Part shown: positions 39,301 to 48,756 of the stretch, in pieces
Layout of the letters: the number at the start of each line of letters is the position of its first letter
Position numbering within the stretch: position 1 is the stretch's first letter
Origin: an uncultured Verrucomicrobiota bacterium
Lineage (GTDB): Bacteria > Verrucomicrobiota > Verrucomicrobiia > Limisphaerales > AAA164-E04
Assembly: GCA_964415055.1 (NCBI GenBank)
Contig: CAYPZD010000020.1
Location: 1-51,629, forward strand
Direction of reading: 5' to 3'
DNA length: 51,629 bases
Translations under genes and position numbers: made by a program
Notes under the pieces: generated by a model
What the model was told of the DNA's origin: nothing
The model's input: only the letters and a program-made list of their open reading frames with translations
The model's database searches: none

Positions 39301-39922
39301 ATTGATGTCTCCGATCACCGCTCTCCTGCGGTTGCCGGAGTTGATGAAGACTCCCATCAGTGGATTGGAAGCAAATGTGAATGTCCAGAATCAGACACTT
39401 ACTCTAAAAGACACCAAAGTGCTTTCAGATGCGTTTCAAGTGCACACAGGCGGGGAGATTCCACTAGCCAATGTATTGACCAACAGTGTTCTGAATCTTC
39501 CGGTTGAATTTCATTTGGAACGTTCCATTGCCAAAAAATCCAACCTCATTCCTTCAAGCGCCCCCAAAGATACACCCTTTGTTAAACTGCCGGATTTCGT
39601 CAAGTTGCAGGGAACGGTTGGCAAACCTGAGACAAAAACCGATAAACTGGTCTTATCCGGATTGTTGGTGAAGTCAGCCGCCGGACTGCCTCTCAATGTC
39701 GGGGAAGGCGCTGTCAATGCGCTCAAGGGAGTGGGCAATTTTCTGGTGGGTGATTCTGGAAAGAAGGAGGAGGATGAAGACGCTTCTGAGGAATCAAAAA
39801 AAGAAGGCCAGGAGGAGCCTTCAACCGGAGTCCTGCAACAAGTCAATCCGTTTAAACTATTCGATCAACTGCGGGGTAATCGGGATAAAAAAGAAGAGGA
39901 ACCATCCAAGGAGGAACAGTAA
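36383..39922 (+). CDS. AsmA-family (repeating beta-groove) protein
   Basis: N-terminal TM anchor, chorein-like segment (LENPTVTIIEREDGSSNL), ~1180 aa beta-rich, AsmA-like C-terminus (NLSG..., VKLQGTVGKP). Confidence 0.8.
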   Translation: MTDPAQHTSQTGGTDDADATKMNPWPKRAAIGGGIGVVILFLAYMAIGSSFFVRSVVLPIVEKSMMAKVSVGGVSFSPFSGIELQDLDFSPADQETMVSAKRASVQYSLGDIIGGTIKLNQLHLENPTVTIIEREDGSSNLTDWLNSLPPSPDAPLPIMDLNDLDVANGTIVYRKMDSSQAGSQVEVALSKAHVSRIGQDLSGNINLESLIRMVKLNGDSNDQEELLSTQIALKGDLDLNDVMFPKNSSLSGSMTVQSTSPAYADLKGVGGAISLSVQPDSIEDVSIHFSKDGQSAGSIELSGPMNFNTLEGDLQLALSGLNRQFLNLAGAIVGLDFGETIVDGTLSCVLTKGASQVAISSVTTAKDFSVAMDGIALPAMDMGLKVVARYDAEQESLLIREWNVNASNDAKTWLEGSIDKPVTLSWGLNRQNFQDSKFQLSIKQMDLVPWSSVLGGVLQQGELNGELDVAFLQQGKRIQASVQSEVSKANFVVSEQTLNDQRIQFEAGLTIQDFTRLLVNHGNMEWTNGSGDVLASVYSSGGYQLDKPGLQFQVDATGNLPLLGSMLPVEGMLIEKGEGKLAARIQQKENGWSGHVQTALSGYTGSFAGVPFQQYSLELGTDGNLQGETFRLGDTQIAFKEGYDLGGSIGVSGELDLSAMKGSFKIQSSGLNRYALQPMLGTNTGEGPFKDVKLNLEGALDLDYSAESSFQGKVDITDLQYEDTATETTQKLMTELGWDLGWTAEKLDIRNGTLRLSPTAKAGNIVKVSGHLPLQPGLASKGALKVSSASLDLTPYMDLLMAQTETSTESPASDTQEKEEPATPTPPPTGEPKPLEVPLGEFDAHVDIGKLFARELSVQDFKGRMLWQTNTLHLEPLSMQVNDGTVKASLHMDFTQPDWGYRMNFDAQNVPVQAITDTLDPANKGKVSGLVLASGDWSGAGLTEPALQRNLSGTMSMQYKDANIELVSPTIRLLMSPITALLRLPELMKTPISGLEANVNVQNQTLTLKDTKVLSDAFQVHTGGEIPLANVLTNSVLNLPVEFHLERSIAKKSNLIPSSAPKDTPFVKLPDFVKLQGTVGKPETKTDKLVLSGLLVKSAAGLPLNVGEGAVNALKGVGNFLVGDSGKKEEDEDASEESKKEGQEEPSTGVLQQVNPFKLFDQLRGNRDKKEEEPSKEEQ

Positions 39923-40324
39923 ATGAAACACATCCATTTCACCGCGTCATTACTCTGTTTGTTGCTGCTGGCTGCTTGCGGTAAAAATGAAGAAACTGCC
40001 GCCACGGAAGATGAACAGAGCCAAACTGAAGGGAACACCTCTTCCTCCGGTAATCCATTGACGGCTCCGGTTGATTATCTTGGGGCAGTGAATACGGCGA
40101 ATAAAATGGCCAATAAAACACTGGAGTTATCCCAGGTAAACAAGGCCTTACAGGAGTATCGCATCCTCGAGGGGCGTAATCCTGCCAGTTTATCCGTCCT
40201 GGTTCAGGAAGGTCTTCTGGCGAAGGAACCCACCGCCCCTTACGGGATGGAGGTCAAATACAACCCACAAACCGGACAGGTGGCCATCGTGCCTGTTCAA
40301 CCCGCTCAGCCCGCGGGGCGTTGA
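39923..40324 (+). CDS. Lipoprotein with pseudopilin/GspG-like C-terminal motif
   Basis: Lipobox LLAAC; ALQEYRILEGRNPASLSVLVQEGLL..P..PYG...Y; abuts the asmA stop (TAAATG). Confidence 0.75.
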   Translation: MKHIHFTASLLCLLLLAACGKNEETAATEDEQSQTEGNTSSSGNPLTAPVDYLGAVNTANKMANKTLELSQVNKALQEYRILEGRNPASLSVLVQEGLLAKEPTAPYGMEVKYNPQTGQVAIVPVQPAQPAGR

Positions 40325-40330
40325 GCGTTT

Positions 40331-40586
40331 TCGTGGTTCCATAACGAGAACTCCCATCTCCGAAGAGATGGGAGCCGGTGCGTGCGCCTCCAAGTTGGCG
40401 GGTGTCGTGCGGACGAGGAAGGTATGTGCGAATACCTGTGCGGTTCCTCGATTGCTGGTTGCTGTGCGCCAGACTTGGATGGCCAGATGGTTTGTTGGTT
40501 AGCGTAATCGATGGAACGAGTTCATCTCCCTTTGTTCTCCTTTTCTCTTTGCTATGATTCAGTTCGTACTATCCGTTCCTATCTCA
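40331..40586 (-). ncRNA. Candidate structured small RNA (sponge-like or 6S-like)
   Basis: Nested complementary segments, six CGCAC motifs, C(UUCG)G hairpin, upstream sigma54-like promoter, no sizeable ORF. Confidence 0.55.
40351..40374 (-). terminator. Perfect 10-bp hairpin with C(UUCG)G loop; intrinsic terminator or structural element
   Basis: CTCCCATCTC-TTCG-GAGATGGGAG followed by TTCTCGTT on the minus strand; may also terminate the + strand operon. Confidence 0.65.
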
Positions 40587-40597
40587 TTTGATAGAAC

Positions 40598-40612
40598 GCA
40601 GACTCGGTGCCA
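40598..40612 (-). promoter_or_regulatory. sigma54 (-24/-12) promoter
   Basis: TGGCACCGAGTCTGC: TGGCAC with exact GG-N10-GC spacing; one mismatch in the TTGC box. Confidence 0.6.
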
Positions 40613-40685
40613 TTCCAGAAAATGAGAGAATTGTAACATGATTGACTTGGTTTTGTGGACTTCTGGAGGCAGGATTGATGTCGTT

Positions 40686-43211
40686 ATGAAATCCACCACA
40701 GCTTGCTTTCGAGATATTTTGCGTCTGTTCGGCCCGGTTTTGTTGTTGATGCTGAGTGTTCAATCCTCTTTTGCGTCCCCCGAAGCTTTTGAAATTGGTA
40801 AATCACAGACCAACATGCTGCCGGGTGGTAAAGAGGCGGACGGTATTGTCGGGGATTTTCTGATGCGAAATAACCTGATTGAGGCCGTGATTTCAAATGA
40901 TGCACCTTTCCGGAAAGCGGACATGGGGGGCTGGTGGGACGCCGTGAGTCCCGGGTGCTTATATGACCTGACACTCAGAGGCGCCGATAATGACCAAATC
41001 ACCGTTTACTCCCCATCCAATCAGCGCGGACCGGTGACTTATGTCAGAGTGGCGGATGCCGGGGAATCGGGTGAGGCTGTCGTTGAAGTGTTGGTGTCTG
41101 CTGCGAGTAATGATGGGGTCGAAATCATTCACCGTTACCAGTTGCGTGACGATTGGCATGGTTTGCTCATTTCGACCCGCGTTCATAATCAATCCGACAA
41201 AGCAGTGGAATTTGATCCCATCGATCAATGGAAACCGACCAATGACAAGAAAACGGTGGCCGGCATCACTCTTTGGGATTCCATTGATCCTGCCGACAAA
41301 TGTGGATACGCCTCGGCATGGATGGAATTGGATGGGTTCATTGTTCCGGGAGTGGAACCTCTGACCATTGAATCGGGACAAAGCATGTCCTGGGCTCGAG
41401 CGATTGCTGTCGGGACTTCTCCAGCTCAAGCGTTTGGTTATCTGGCTGCGTTGAAATCCGGTTCCGGTACCTTGAATGGTATGATAAAAGCGCCCAATGG
41501 CCAGGGAGTAGCCACCGCAGCCGTGACATTGAAACGCGGTGAATCCACATTGACGGCCTATCCAGACTCGGACGGTCAACTGGGGCTGCAATTACCTGTG
41601 GGGGAATATGAACTTGATATCAGTGATATGGGAAGGTCGACAGTTCATCAAACCGTAAACATCACAGCCGACACTTCCACCTCTTTTCAAACGACCATGA
41701 ATTCCCCGTCAAAAATCGATTTTGACATTCGTGATTCGCAGGGACGTTCCATTCCCTGCAAAGTGCAGTTTAAGGGAGTGGAAGGTACAGAGACTCCCAA
41801 CTTGGGCCCGGCAAATCGTGCGCATGGTTGTGTCGATCAATTTCATTCTGAAAAAGGTGTCTTCAGCGTTCAATTGACCCCCGGGAAATATCAGGTGACG
41901 ATCACACACGGTATCGAATTTGGTCACATCCGAAAAATCATCGACCTTCAACCCGAAAGCACTTTGGCATTCAAGGGGCAGTTGAATCGACTGATCGATA
42001 CGAAGGGCTGGGTCAGTACCGATTTTCACAATCATTCCACCCCGAGCGGTGACAACACCACCAAGACGGATGATCGAATCATCAACCTGGCCGTCGAACA
42101 GATTGAATTTGCGCCCACCACCGAACACAACCGTCTCTATGACTGGACCCCGCACATTGAAAAACTCGGATTGACCCGGGAAATCCAGAGCGTGCCTGGG
42201 ATTGAGGTCACTGGGTCGGGGGCTCATTTCAATGCCTTTCCGTTGACTCCGGTTCCATTCACTCAGGATTACGGCGCTCCTCAATGGCAAAAGGACCCGC
42301 GTCTCAACGCCATCGTCCTCCGGGACTATCAGGGAGCAATGCCTGAACGTTGGGTGCACCTCAATCATCCGGACATGGTGGCGGATTTTGTGGATCGCGA
42401 TACTGATGGACGCCCGGACCTGGGATACGTTGGACTTGAAAATCTGGTGGATGCAGCTGAGGTATGGGGGCAGAACATTCTTGCAGACGCGCCTTATTAC
42501 ATCGCCGAGGCCGCCAACAAACAACCGATAGTCCGCAACCATCGTGAGTTTATCTGGAAACAAATGCTGAATACAGGCCGCAAGATGTGGAGTGTGGCCG
42601 TTTCCGATGCTCATTCAGTCCATGGCAACGGGGTGGGGGGATGGAGGACTTACATTCCTTCTTCCACGGACGAGCCCTCCAAAATTGATTGGAAGGAAAT
42701 TGTTCGAAACGCCAAAGCCGGCCGCATGATGATGACCACGGGGCCTTTTCTCGAAGTCACGACCGAGGATGGACAAATCAGCGGTGGCTTCACGCGCGCC
42801 CAAGGATCCATCCAGTTGCATGTTAAAGTTCAATGCACCGATTGGCTACAGATCGATCGCATACAGGTGCTGGTGAACAGCCGTAAAGACCCTTCGCTTA
42901 ACTTCACATCGAGCACACATCCGGATATGTTCCAGAACGGTCGGGTTTCATTCGATCAAACCATTGATGTGCCACTCAGTGAAGACAGCCATCTGATGGT
43001 GGTTGCTTATGGAGAAAACACAGACCTTTCCGTAGGCTACGGCAGCAGTACTCAGTCCTCATGGAAACCCTGTGCCTATCACAATCCCATTTATGTGGAT
43101 GTCGATGGCAACGGGTTTCAACCTAATGGAGACACCCTTGGATGGGAACTCCCAGTGAAACGTCTGGATGTGGACGAAGTCAAATCCATGATTGAACGCC
43201 GCAAACCCTGA
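40686..43211 (+). CDS. CehA/McbA-family PHP-like metallohydrolase, secreted
   Basis: Signal peptide; DFHNHSTPSGD, TTEHN, GAHFNAFP, HLNHP, SDAH; start probably ATG 40686. Confidence 0.85.
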   Translation: MKSTTACFRDILRLFGPVLLLMLSVQSSFASPEAFEIGKSQTNMLPGGKEADGIVGDFLMRNNLIEAVISNDAPFRKADMGGWWDAVSPGCLYDLTLRGADNDQITVYSPSNQRGPVTYVRVADAGESGEAVVEVLVSAASNDGVEIIHRYQLRDDWHGLLISTRVHNQSDKAVEFDPIDQWKPTNDKKTVAGITLWDSIDPADKCGYASAWMELDGFIVPGVEPLTIESGQSMSWARAIAVGTSPAQAFGYLAALKSGSGTLNGMIKAPNGQGVATAAVTLKRGESTLTAYPDSDGQLGLQLPVGEYELDISDMGRSTVHQTVNITADTSTSFQTTMNSPSKIDFDIRDSQGRSIPCKVQFKGVEGTETPNLGPANRAHGCVDQFHSEKGVFSVQLTPGKYQVTITHGIEFGHIRKIIDLQPESTLAFKGQLNRLIDTKGWVSTDFHNHSTPSGDNTTKTDDRIINLAVEQIEFAPTTEHNRLYDWTPHIEKLGLTREIQSVPGIEVTGSGAHFNAFPLTPVPFTQDYGAPQWQKDPRLNAIVLRDYQGAMPERWVHLNHPDMVADFVDRDTDGRPDLGYVGLENLVDAAEVWGQNILADAPYYIAEAANKQPIVRNHREFIWKQMLNTGRKMWSVAVSDAHSVHGNGVGGWRTYIPSSTDEPSKIDWKEIVRNAKAGRMMMTTGPFLEVTTEDGQISGGFTRAQGSIQLHVKVQCTDWLQIDRIQVLVNSRKDPSLNFTSSTHPDMFQNGRVSFDQTIDVPLSEDSHLMVVAYGENTDLSVGYGSSTQSSWKPCAYHNPIYVDVDGNGFQPNGDTLGWELPVKRLDVDEVKSMIERRKP

Positions 43212-43229
43212 ATCAAAGCCCCCCAAAAA

Positions 43230-43457
43230 GGTAGAACGTGCCAGCCTGTCCCGCGACTGCGTGGATCCTTGGCGCGTCCCTTGTGGTTATCAAATGCCAT
43301 TTACCTTTGGTTACGGGAAGCCTGAGGTTCTCAATACCCTGCCGCATTTGAGTACACACCACAGAGGTAAAGGTGTTCGATTACGTCAGGGTTTCCCTTG
43401 GATGGTAAAATTGAAATCGAAAGCCACAAGGAGCGCATCGAGACGATACGATCTACC
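43230..43457. mobile_element. REPIN/MITE-like unit, inverted and diverged copy of 7451-7679
   Basis: GGTAGAACGTG...CGATACGATCTACC; interior alignable to the reverse complement of 7451-7679; between convergent genes. Confidence 0.88.
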
Positions 43458-43534
43458 TGGAGCCCACCAAAGGTGGAATTTTTATAGCCTCTTTCAGTGC
43501 AATCCGCTTGATTCTTCGAATCAGAGTTTGATGA

Positions 43535-44044
43535 TCAGATCAAGTTGGCTGTTTTCTTGCGTGACTCGTTCGCCATCTGTTTCTTGTAATCGATGAGTTT
43601 GTTTTGAAGCTCGGGATTTTGTGAGGCAAGGATGGAAACGGCCAGTAACCCAGCGTTTTTTGCGTTGCCAATGGCGACGGTCGCCACCGGAATGCCTCCG
43701 GGCATTTGGACAATGGACAGCAGGGAGTCGAGCCCATTCAAGGCCTTGCTTTGCACGGGGACACCGATAACGGGGAGCGGCGTATGGCTGGCTACCATGC
43801 CAGGGAGATGCGCTGCTCCGCCGGCTCCTGCGATAATGACCTGCAGCCCTCGTTCGTGGGCTTGGTCGCCATATTCGGCCATGTCATGCGGTGTGCGATG
43901 AGCGGACACAACGCGTGCTTCAAATTCTATTTCAAACTGCGCACACACTTCCGCCGCAGCTTTCATGGTGGGCCAGTCGGAATCGCTACCCATGATGATG
44001 CCCACTCTGGGCCGGGTTCCATCGTTTGTCTGATCGTTTTCCAT
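43535..44044 (-). CDS. purE: N5-carboxyaminoimidazole ribonucleotide mutase
   Basis: [42 protein letters not shown]. Confidence 0.97.
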   Translation of the reverse strand: MENDQTNDGTRPRVGIIMGSDSDWPTMKAAAEVCAQFEIEFEARVVSAHRTPHDMAEYGDQAHERGLQVIIAGAGGAAHLPGMVASHTPLPVIGVPVQSKALNGLDSLLSIVQMPGGIPVATVAIGNAKNAGLLAVSILASQNPELQNKLIDYKKQMANESRKKTANLI

Positions 44045-44046
44045 GT

Positions 44047-46728
44047 TCAATCTTCCTTGGATTCCTCTTTTTTGCCTTCCTTGGACGACTCGGCAGGGAT
44101 GGCAAGGGCTTCCAGTTTGTTCTTAAGATCGGCTAATTGGTTTTCGAGAGATTGGTGACTCGATTCCATCTCCTGAATCTTGTTGCGCAGGTTGCGCAGA
44201 TCATCGCCGGGTTGGTTCTGGCGATTGAGGGTGTCGATCGTGCTTCGTGCCGCTTTGTGTTCGGCAGAATCCGGATCAGCACTCAGCCATCCATTCATTT
44301 TTACGATGGCCCTGGAGTCGCCAAGCTTGGCCAAAGCGCGGATGGCTCCCAGGCGGATATTGTTCTTTGGATCCTGTAAATGACCCGTGATGAAACTCAA
44401 GACCATGGACTTGTCCTCCAGATGTCGGCTCAGTTGAGCCAGGGTGGACAGGGCGCTGGAATAGCCTCTTGTCGTGAATTCCTGTTTGCGTTGCATGAGT
44501 GTGTTCAGAATAGGCATGACATAGTCCGCGTCATCCTGGGATTCCATCGCTGAGATGGCGGCCTCGGTCAGACGGTTGCGGTAGGAGGCTTTGTTCAGGA
44601 ATTGAAGCAACACCGCCGGGATTTCCGCATTCCCATAATTTCCAATGGCATTCAGGGAACGACTCACAATCATCGGGTTGGATTCTGATTCCACAACATG
44701 TTTGGATGCGGCATAGGCGTCCGGATGGTAAAATCTCGCGACAGCCGATTGCACAGCATAGCGTACCCGGGCATCATCCTGGTCGCGGGATTCCAGCAAA
44801 GCGGCAAGGGATTCAGGTGTATGCATGCCACCCAGGGCGTCCGCAGCTTCCAGTCTTACTCCGTAAAACGGGTCGTTGTTCAATCGTTCCTTCAATGCTT
44901 CAATGGATTTTTGCGACTTGTTTTTTTCCAGATCCTTGACAGCAAAGACTCGTCCCATGACATCCGACTCATCCTTAAGTTGTGCCAATAGCAATGGCGT
45001 TGGTTTTGAAAAACTGACCTTGGCCAAAAGCGTGTATTCCGGATCGAATCGTACCACTTCAGGTGCATCGGGCAATGGGATGTAGAAATCTTCTGCTTTT
45101 TCACGGATGGTCATCGGGTGGTCGATCACGGCTTCGCTGGTTTTGAAGCGAATGGTGGCCGGGACTTCAAACAGCATGACCTTGTCGCCGATTTTCTGAT
45201 TCTGTTTCACGGAAACTTTTGCCAGTTTCAATTTTGAATCCCAGGAATAGGAGAGACTGAGGTCCGGGTGTCCTCCGTGAAAGACGTATTGATCAAAAAA
45301 TCTGTCAAAGGACTGACCTGACAGCTCTTCAATGACTGCGTTCAGGTTTTCCGTTACCACGACTCCGTAAGCGTGGCGCTCTAGATAGGTTTGAACGCAC
45401 TTGCGATACAAGTCTTCTCCTAACCTTGAACGGAGCATGTGAAGGATCCAGCTTCCCTTGGGGTAGGCTCGGTAACCGAATTGTTCCATGGGCCGATCGT
45501 AAGCGCGATGGACAATGGGAGTCTCATCGCTGTGTCTTCCGGCAAAGCCCCGTGCATTTTTATACATTTGATAAAGGAAGGCATCCCGCCCGTTTTTGTG
45601 TTCTTCGAACAAAGCGTCATAATAGGTGGCGAATCCTTCGTTGAGCCAGAGGTGACTCCAGTCCTTGCAGGTGACGAGATCACCAAACCATTGATGCGCC
45701 AATTCATGTGCGACAAGCCCCTGGCTGGATCGAAGGTTTTCCGTGTCGGAAGTGAAAAGGGTGCCGTCGGTGAGTGAAGTCAGGCTGGTGTTTTCCATGC
45801 CGCCTGCGACGAAGTCGTTGACGCAGATCTGATCGTATTTTGCCCAGGGATACGGCACGCCGATTTCCTCTTCGAAAAACGCCATCATTGCTTTCGTGTC
45901 TTGAAAGGAATTTTGTGCCTGCTCAATTTCAGAAGGCAGGGTCCAGAACGCCATGGGGATATTCTTGTAACGGTCCTCGATTTTGACGAAATACCCCGCC
46001 ACGACGGAGATGAGGTAATTCACGTGTGGCTTGTCCTGTAACCAGGTAAACGCTGTCAGGTTTGTGTTGGGGACTGATTCTTTCGAGGCAAGGTGTCCGT
46101 TGGACAATACTTCCATGCCAGAAGGAACGCGACAGGTGATTTCCGTTGTGAATTTTTCGTTGGGCGCATCAAAAGACGGAAACCAATGACGGGCTTCAAC
46201 CGGTTCGCCCTGGGTGAAAAGATGGGTTTCGCCGTCTTTATACCCCATTTCCGGAGTCCTGAAATACATGCCCTTACTGGGTTCAGCCGAGTGTTCCAGG
46301 TTGATCCAGGCTTCTTCATCAGGGAGGATTGCGTTTTCAAAATCAATGATTACAGCGTCCTCGGATACATGCCAACCGGAGATGGCGTGTGAGGCATTGA
46401 TTTCTCCAAAAGTCAGTTCGACGGCGTCCAATCGCAACTGGTCCAGTGGGTTTGCGATGGGTTTGAAAGTGATGTGGGTGGTGCCGGAGACGGTGCGTTT
46501 CTTGAAGTCCGGCGTGATATCCAGTTTGAGATGTTGGATGTCCACAAAACGGCTGGGGGCATATTTGCGGTGGTCGGGGGAATCCGCCGGCGCCAGAAAA
46601 TGAGCGTGTTTGGTGCAATAAACCTGTTCGAAAAGAGAGGTTTCACTTCGCAGAACGGGTTGAGTGACCAAAATAACGGCCATTCCCAACCAACTGAAAA
46701 CGCGGCTGTAAGCAAACATTGATTTCAT
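44047..46728 (-). CDS. M1 family aminopeptidase with HEAT repeats and C-terminal coiled coil
   Basis: [14 protein letters not shown]...WLNEGFA, YPKG; HEAT repeats; probable signal peptide. Confidence 0.93.
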   Translation of the reverse strand: MKSMFAYSRVFSWLGMAVILVTQPVLRSETSLFEQVYCTKHAHFLAPADSPDHRKYAPSRFVDIQHLKLDITPDFKKRTVSGTTHITFKPIANPLDQLRLDAVELTFGEINASHAISGWHVSEDAVIIDFENAILPDEEAWINLEHSAEPSKGMYFRTPEMGYKDGETHLFTQGEPVEARHWFPSFDAPNEKFTTEITCRVPSGMEVLSNGHLASKESVPNTNLTAFTWLQDKPHVNYLISVVAGYFVKIEDRYKNIPMAFWTLPSEIEQAQNSFQDTKAMMAFFEEEIGVPYPWAKYDQICVNDFVAGGMENTSLTSLTDGTLFTSDTENLRSSQGLVAHELAHQWFGDLVTCKDWSHLWLNEGFATYYDALFEEHKNGRDAFLYQMYKNARGFAGRHSDETPIVHRAYDRPMEQFGYRAYPKGSWILHMLRSRLGEDLYRKCVQTYLERHAYGVVVTENLNAVIEELSGQSFDRFFDQYVFHGGHPDLSLSYSWDSKLKLAKVSVKQNQKIGDKVMLFEVPATIRFKTSEAVIDHPMTIREKAEDFYIPLPDAPEVVRFDPEYTLLAKVSFSKPTPLLLAQLKDESDVMGRVFAVKDLEKNKSQKSIEALKERLNNDPFYGVRLEAADALGGMHTPESLAALLESRDQDDARVRYAVQSAVARFYHPDAYAASKHVVESESNPMIVSRSLNAIGNYGNAEIPAVLLQFLNKASYRNRLTEAAISAMESQDDADYVMPILNTLMQRKQEFTTRGYSSALSTLAQLSRHLEDKSMVLSFITGHLQDPKNNIRLGAIRALAKLGDSRAIVKMNGWLSADPDSAEHKAARSTIDTLNRQNQPGDDLRNLRNKIQEMESSHQSLENQLADLKNKLEALAIPAESSKEGKKEESKED

Positions 46729-46866
46729 GAGCCACCACTATGGCCAAACCGAAAAGAAATTCAATGGCATTTCGTGTTACTGACTCAGAGTTGTTGATTG
46801 CAAGGAGGTCTTTATGGCAGGGTGGGTGCCATCATAACCCGAAAATCTCAATCACAGGATCATTTA

Positions 46867-48564
46867 ATGAAGCTCATCACCAGATTGTTAGTTCTTTTTA
46901 CCACATTTTTGGCCTCGTCGATGTCCGCAGCGGACAATCCAAATGTGGTGGTAGTCCTGATCGATAACCACGGGTATTACGAATTGAGCAGGAACGGTCA
47001 TCCGGTTGTTCAAACACCTCGCATGGACAAGTTATCCGAAACAGGAGTCAATTTCACCGACTTCAATGCTCCTCCGTTTTGCTCTCCCAGCCGTGGCGCT
47101 CTCCTGACCGGGAGGTATGCTTTGAGGTATGGCATTCATAATACTGTTGGGGGTGTTTCCATTCTCCACAAAGACGAAACCACCATGGCGGATTTGCTGA
47201 AATCCGCCGGATACAGAACCGGGGTGTTCGGAAAATGGCATTTGGGTATGTCGCATCCATACACTCCCGATCTCCGAGGGTTTGACGAACACTTTATTCA
47301 TGGTGGTGGGGGTGTCAGTCAGTTGGAGGACTACTTCGGAAACAATCACATGAATGCGACTTACACCCACAATGGGCAGTATGTGAAATCCAGAGGCTTT
47401 TCCACGGATGTGTTGTTTGATCAGGGAATTGACTTCATGAATCGAAACCGTGAGAACCCCTTCTTCTGCCTCATCGCGACACCTGCCGTTCATTTCCCAA
47501 CACTTCTTCACCCTGAAACAGGAAAGCGACTCAAGGAGCGGGGTGTAAGGGATGAAAAGCAGTTGCCCATCTGGTCGATGATCGAAAATGTGGACGACAA
47601 TGTGGGGCGTCTTCTGGATTACCTTGAAACAAGTGGGTTAAAAGACAACACACTGCTATTTCTGATGTCGGATCAGGGCGTCAATGATCGCGGCGTCCCA
47701 CATCGGGCCGGCGAGGGAGCGCAGCGGGGTGTCCAATACGATGAAAAACATCAGGTTTATTGCATGGTGCAATACCCGCAGTTGACCGATAACAGACCGG
47801 GAGACCGATCGGAACTCACTGGAATGGTAGACGTATTGCCGACCGTGCTGGATGTGTGTGGAATCGATCAACCATCGAATCTGGACGGACAGAGCATGAA
47901 GCCGCTGCTGGGAAATGCATCAGATTGGAACGACGAACGCAAACTGATTGTTCAGTGTCCCCGGGCAAGAGATCGTTCGAAGTGGGGGAATGTTTCAGTC
48001 AAATACAAGAAATGGCGTCTGGTGGATGGAAAGGAATTTTACAACATTCAAGAGGACTACGGTCAGACAAAGAACATCATCGATCAACATCCCTGCCTGG
48101 TTAAAGACCTGACCCAAACCTATGAACAGTTTTGGAACTCGCTCCCACCTCAAAGCGAATTGTTGTCAGCCCATGTTCTGGGCGCCAAAGAAGCCCCGTC
48201 CGTCAGGTTGAACGGAATGGATTGGTATGAAGGGGGGCACCCGTGGCCACAGCAGGCTTTGGCTAAAAGAAACCAGCAGGGCAAATGGCGAGTAGAAATT
48301 GCAAGAGATGGTATCTACCGGTTTGAACTGCGTCATTATCCCCGCGAAGAACCGCGCCCAATCATGGCAGTCAAAGCATCCGTGCAAGTAGGTGATCAAC
48401 TAAACAGTGTTCCGCTCGATACCCTCGCCACTCATGCGGTGCTGCAATTGCCTTTGAAAAAAGGAACCTTCGATATGATCACAACCTTTCAACACCCGAC
48501 CGATCATGAAGGAAATAAGGAGTGGGGAGCTTATTATGTCCATGTAGATTTTGTCGGAAATTGA
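46867..48564 (+). CDS. Arylsulfatase-like sulfatase (S1)
   Basis: Signal peptide; PNVVVVLIDN, CSPSRGALLTGR, GKWHLG, SDQG; start at ATG 46867. Confidence 0.92.
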   Translation: MKLITRLLVLFTTFLASSMSAADNPNVVVVLIDNHGYYELSRNGHPVVQTPRMDKLSETGVNFTDFNAPPFCSPSRGALLTGRYALRYGIHNTVGGVSILHKDETTMADLLKSAGYRTGVFGKWHLGMSHPYTPDLRGFDEHFIHGGGGVSQLEDYFGNNHMNATYTHNGQYVKSRGFSTDVLFDQGIDFMNRNRENPFFCLIATPAVHFPTLLHPETGKRLKERGVRDEKQLPIWSMIENVDDNVGRLLDYLETSGLKDNTLLFLMSDQGVNDRGVPHRAGEGAQRGVQYDEKHQVYCMVQYPQLTDNRPGDRSELTGMVDVLPTVLDVCGIDQPSNLDGQSMKPLLGNASDWNDERKLIVQCPRARDRSKWGNVSVKYKKWRLVDGKEFYNIQEDYGQTKNIIDQHPCLVKDLTQTYEQFWNSLPPQSELLSAHVLGAKEAPSVRLNGMDWYEGGHPWPQQALAKRNQQGKWRVEIARDGIYRFELRHYPREEPRPIMAVKASVQVGDQLNSVPLDTLATHAVLQLPLKKGTFDMITTFQHPTDHEGNKEWGAYYVHVDFVGN

Positions 48565-48697
48565 ATTTCATATAAAACCGGTCTCAAGGGGAGCTGAATC
48601 TGATCATTAAGTTGATCGACGTTCCATTAAAATAACCCGCGGTTGAAAATTAGAAAGCCATTGGGCACAGGTTGCATCCATCAAACGCATCACCAAA

Positions 48698-48753
48698 GCT
48701 AACAACTAATAGCCAACAACTAACAGCTAACAGCTAACAGCTAATAGCCAACA
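48698..48753. repeat. Heptamer tandem repeat, RCYAAYA x8
   Basis: gctaaca actaata gccaaca actaaca gctaaca gctaaca gctaata gccaaca; 3 nt beyond the DUF1501 stop. Confidence 0.85.
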
Positions 48754-48756
48754 AAC

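Noticed and set aside
40331-40586. Retron msr-msd or tmRNA interpretation of the structured region
   Set aside because: No reverse transcriptase nearby; no tRNA-like acceptor ends or tag-peptide frame.
41709-42614. 301-aa antisense ORF, and other long shadow ORFs such as 15457-16218, 20355-21026 and 29800-30513
   Set aside because: Fully antisense to well-supported genes, with no motifs; expected codon-bias shadows.
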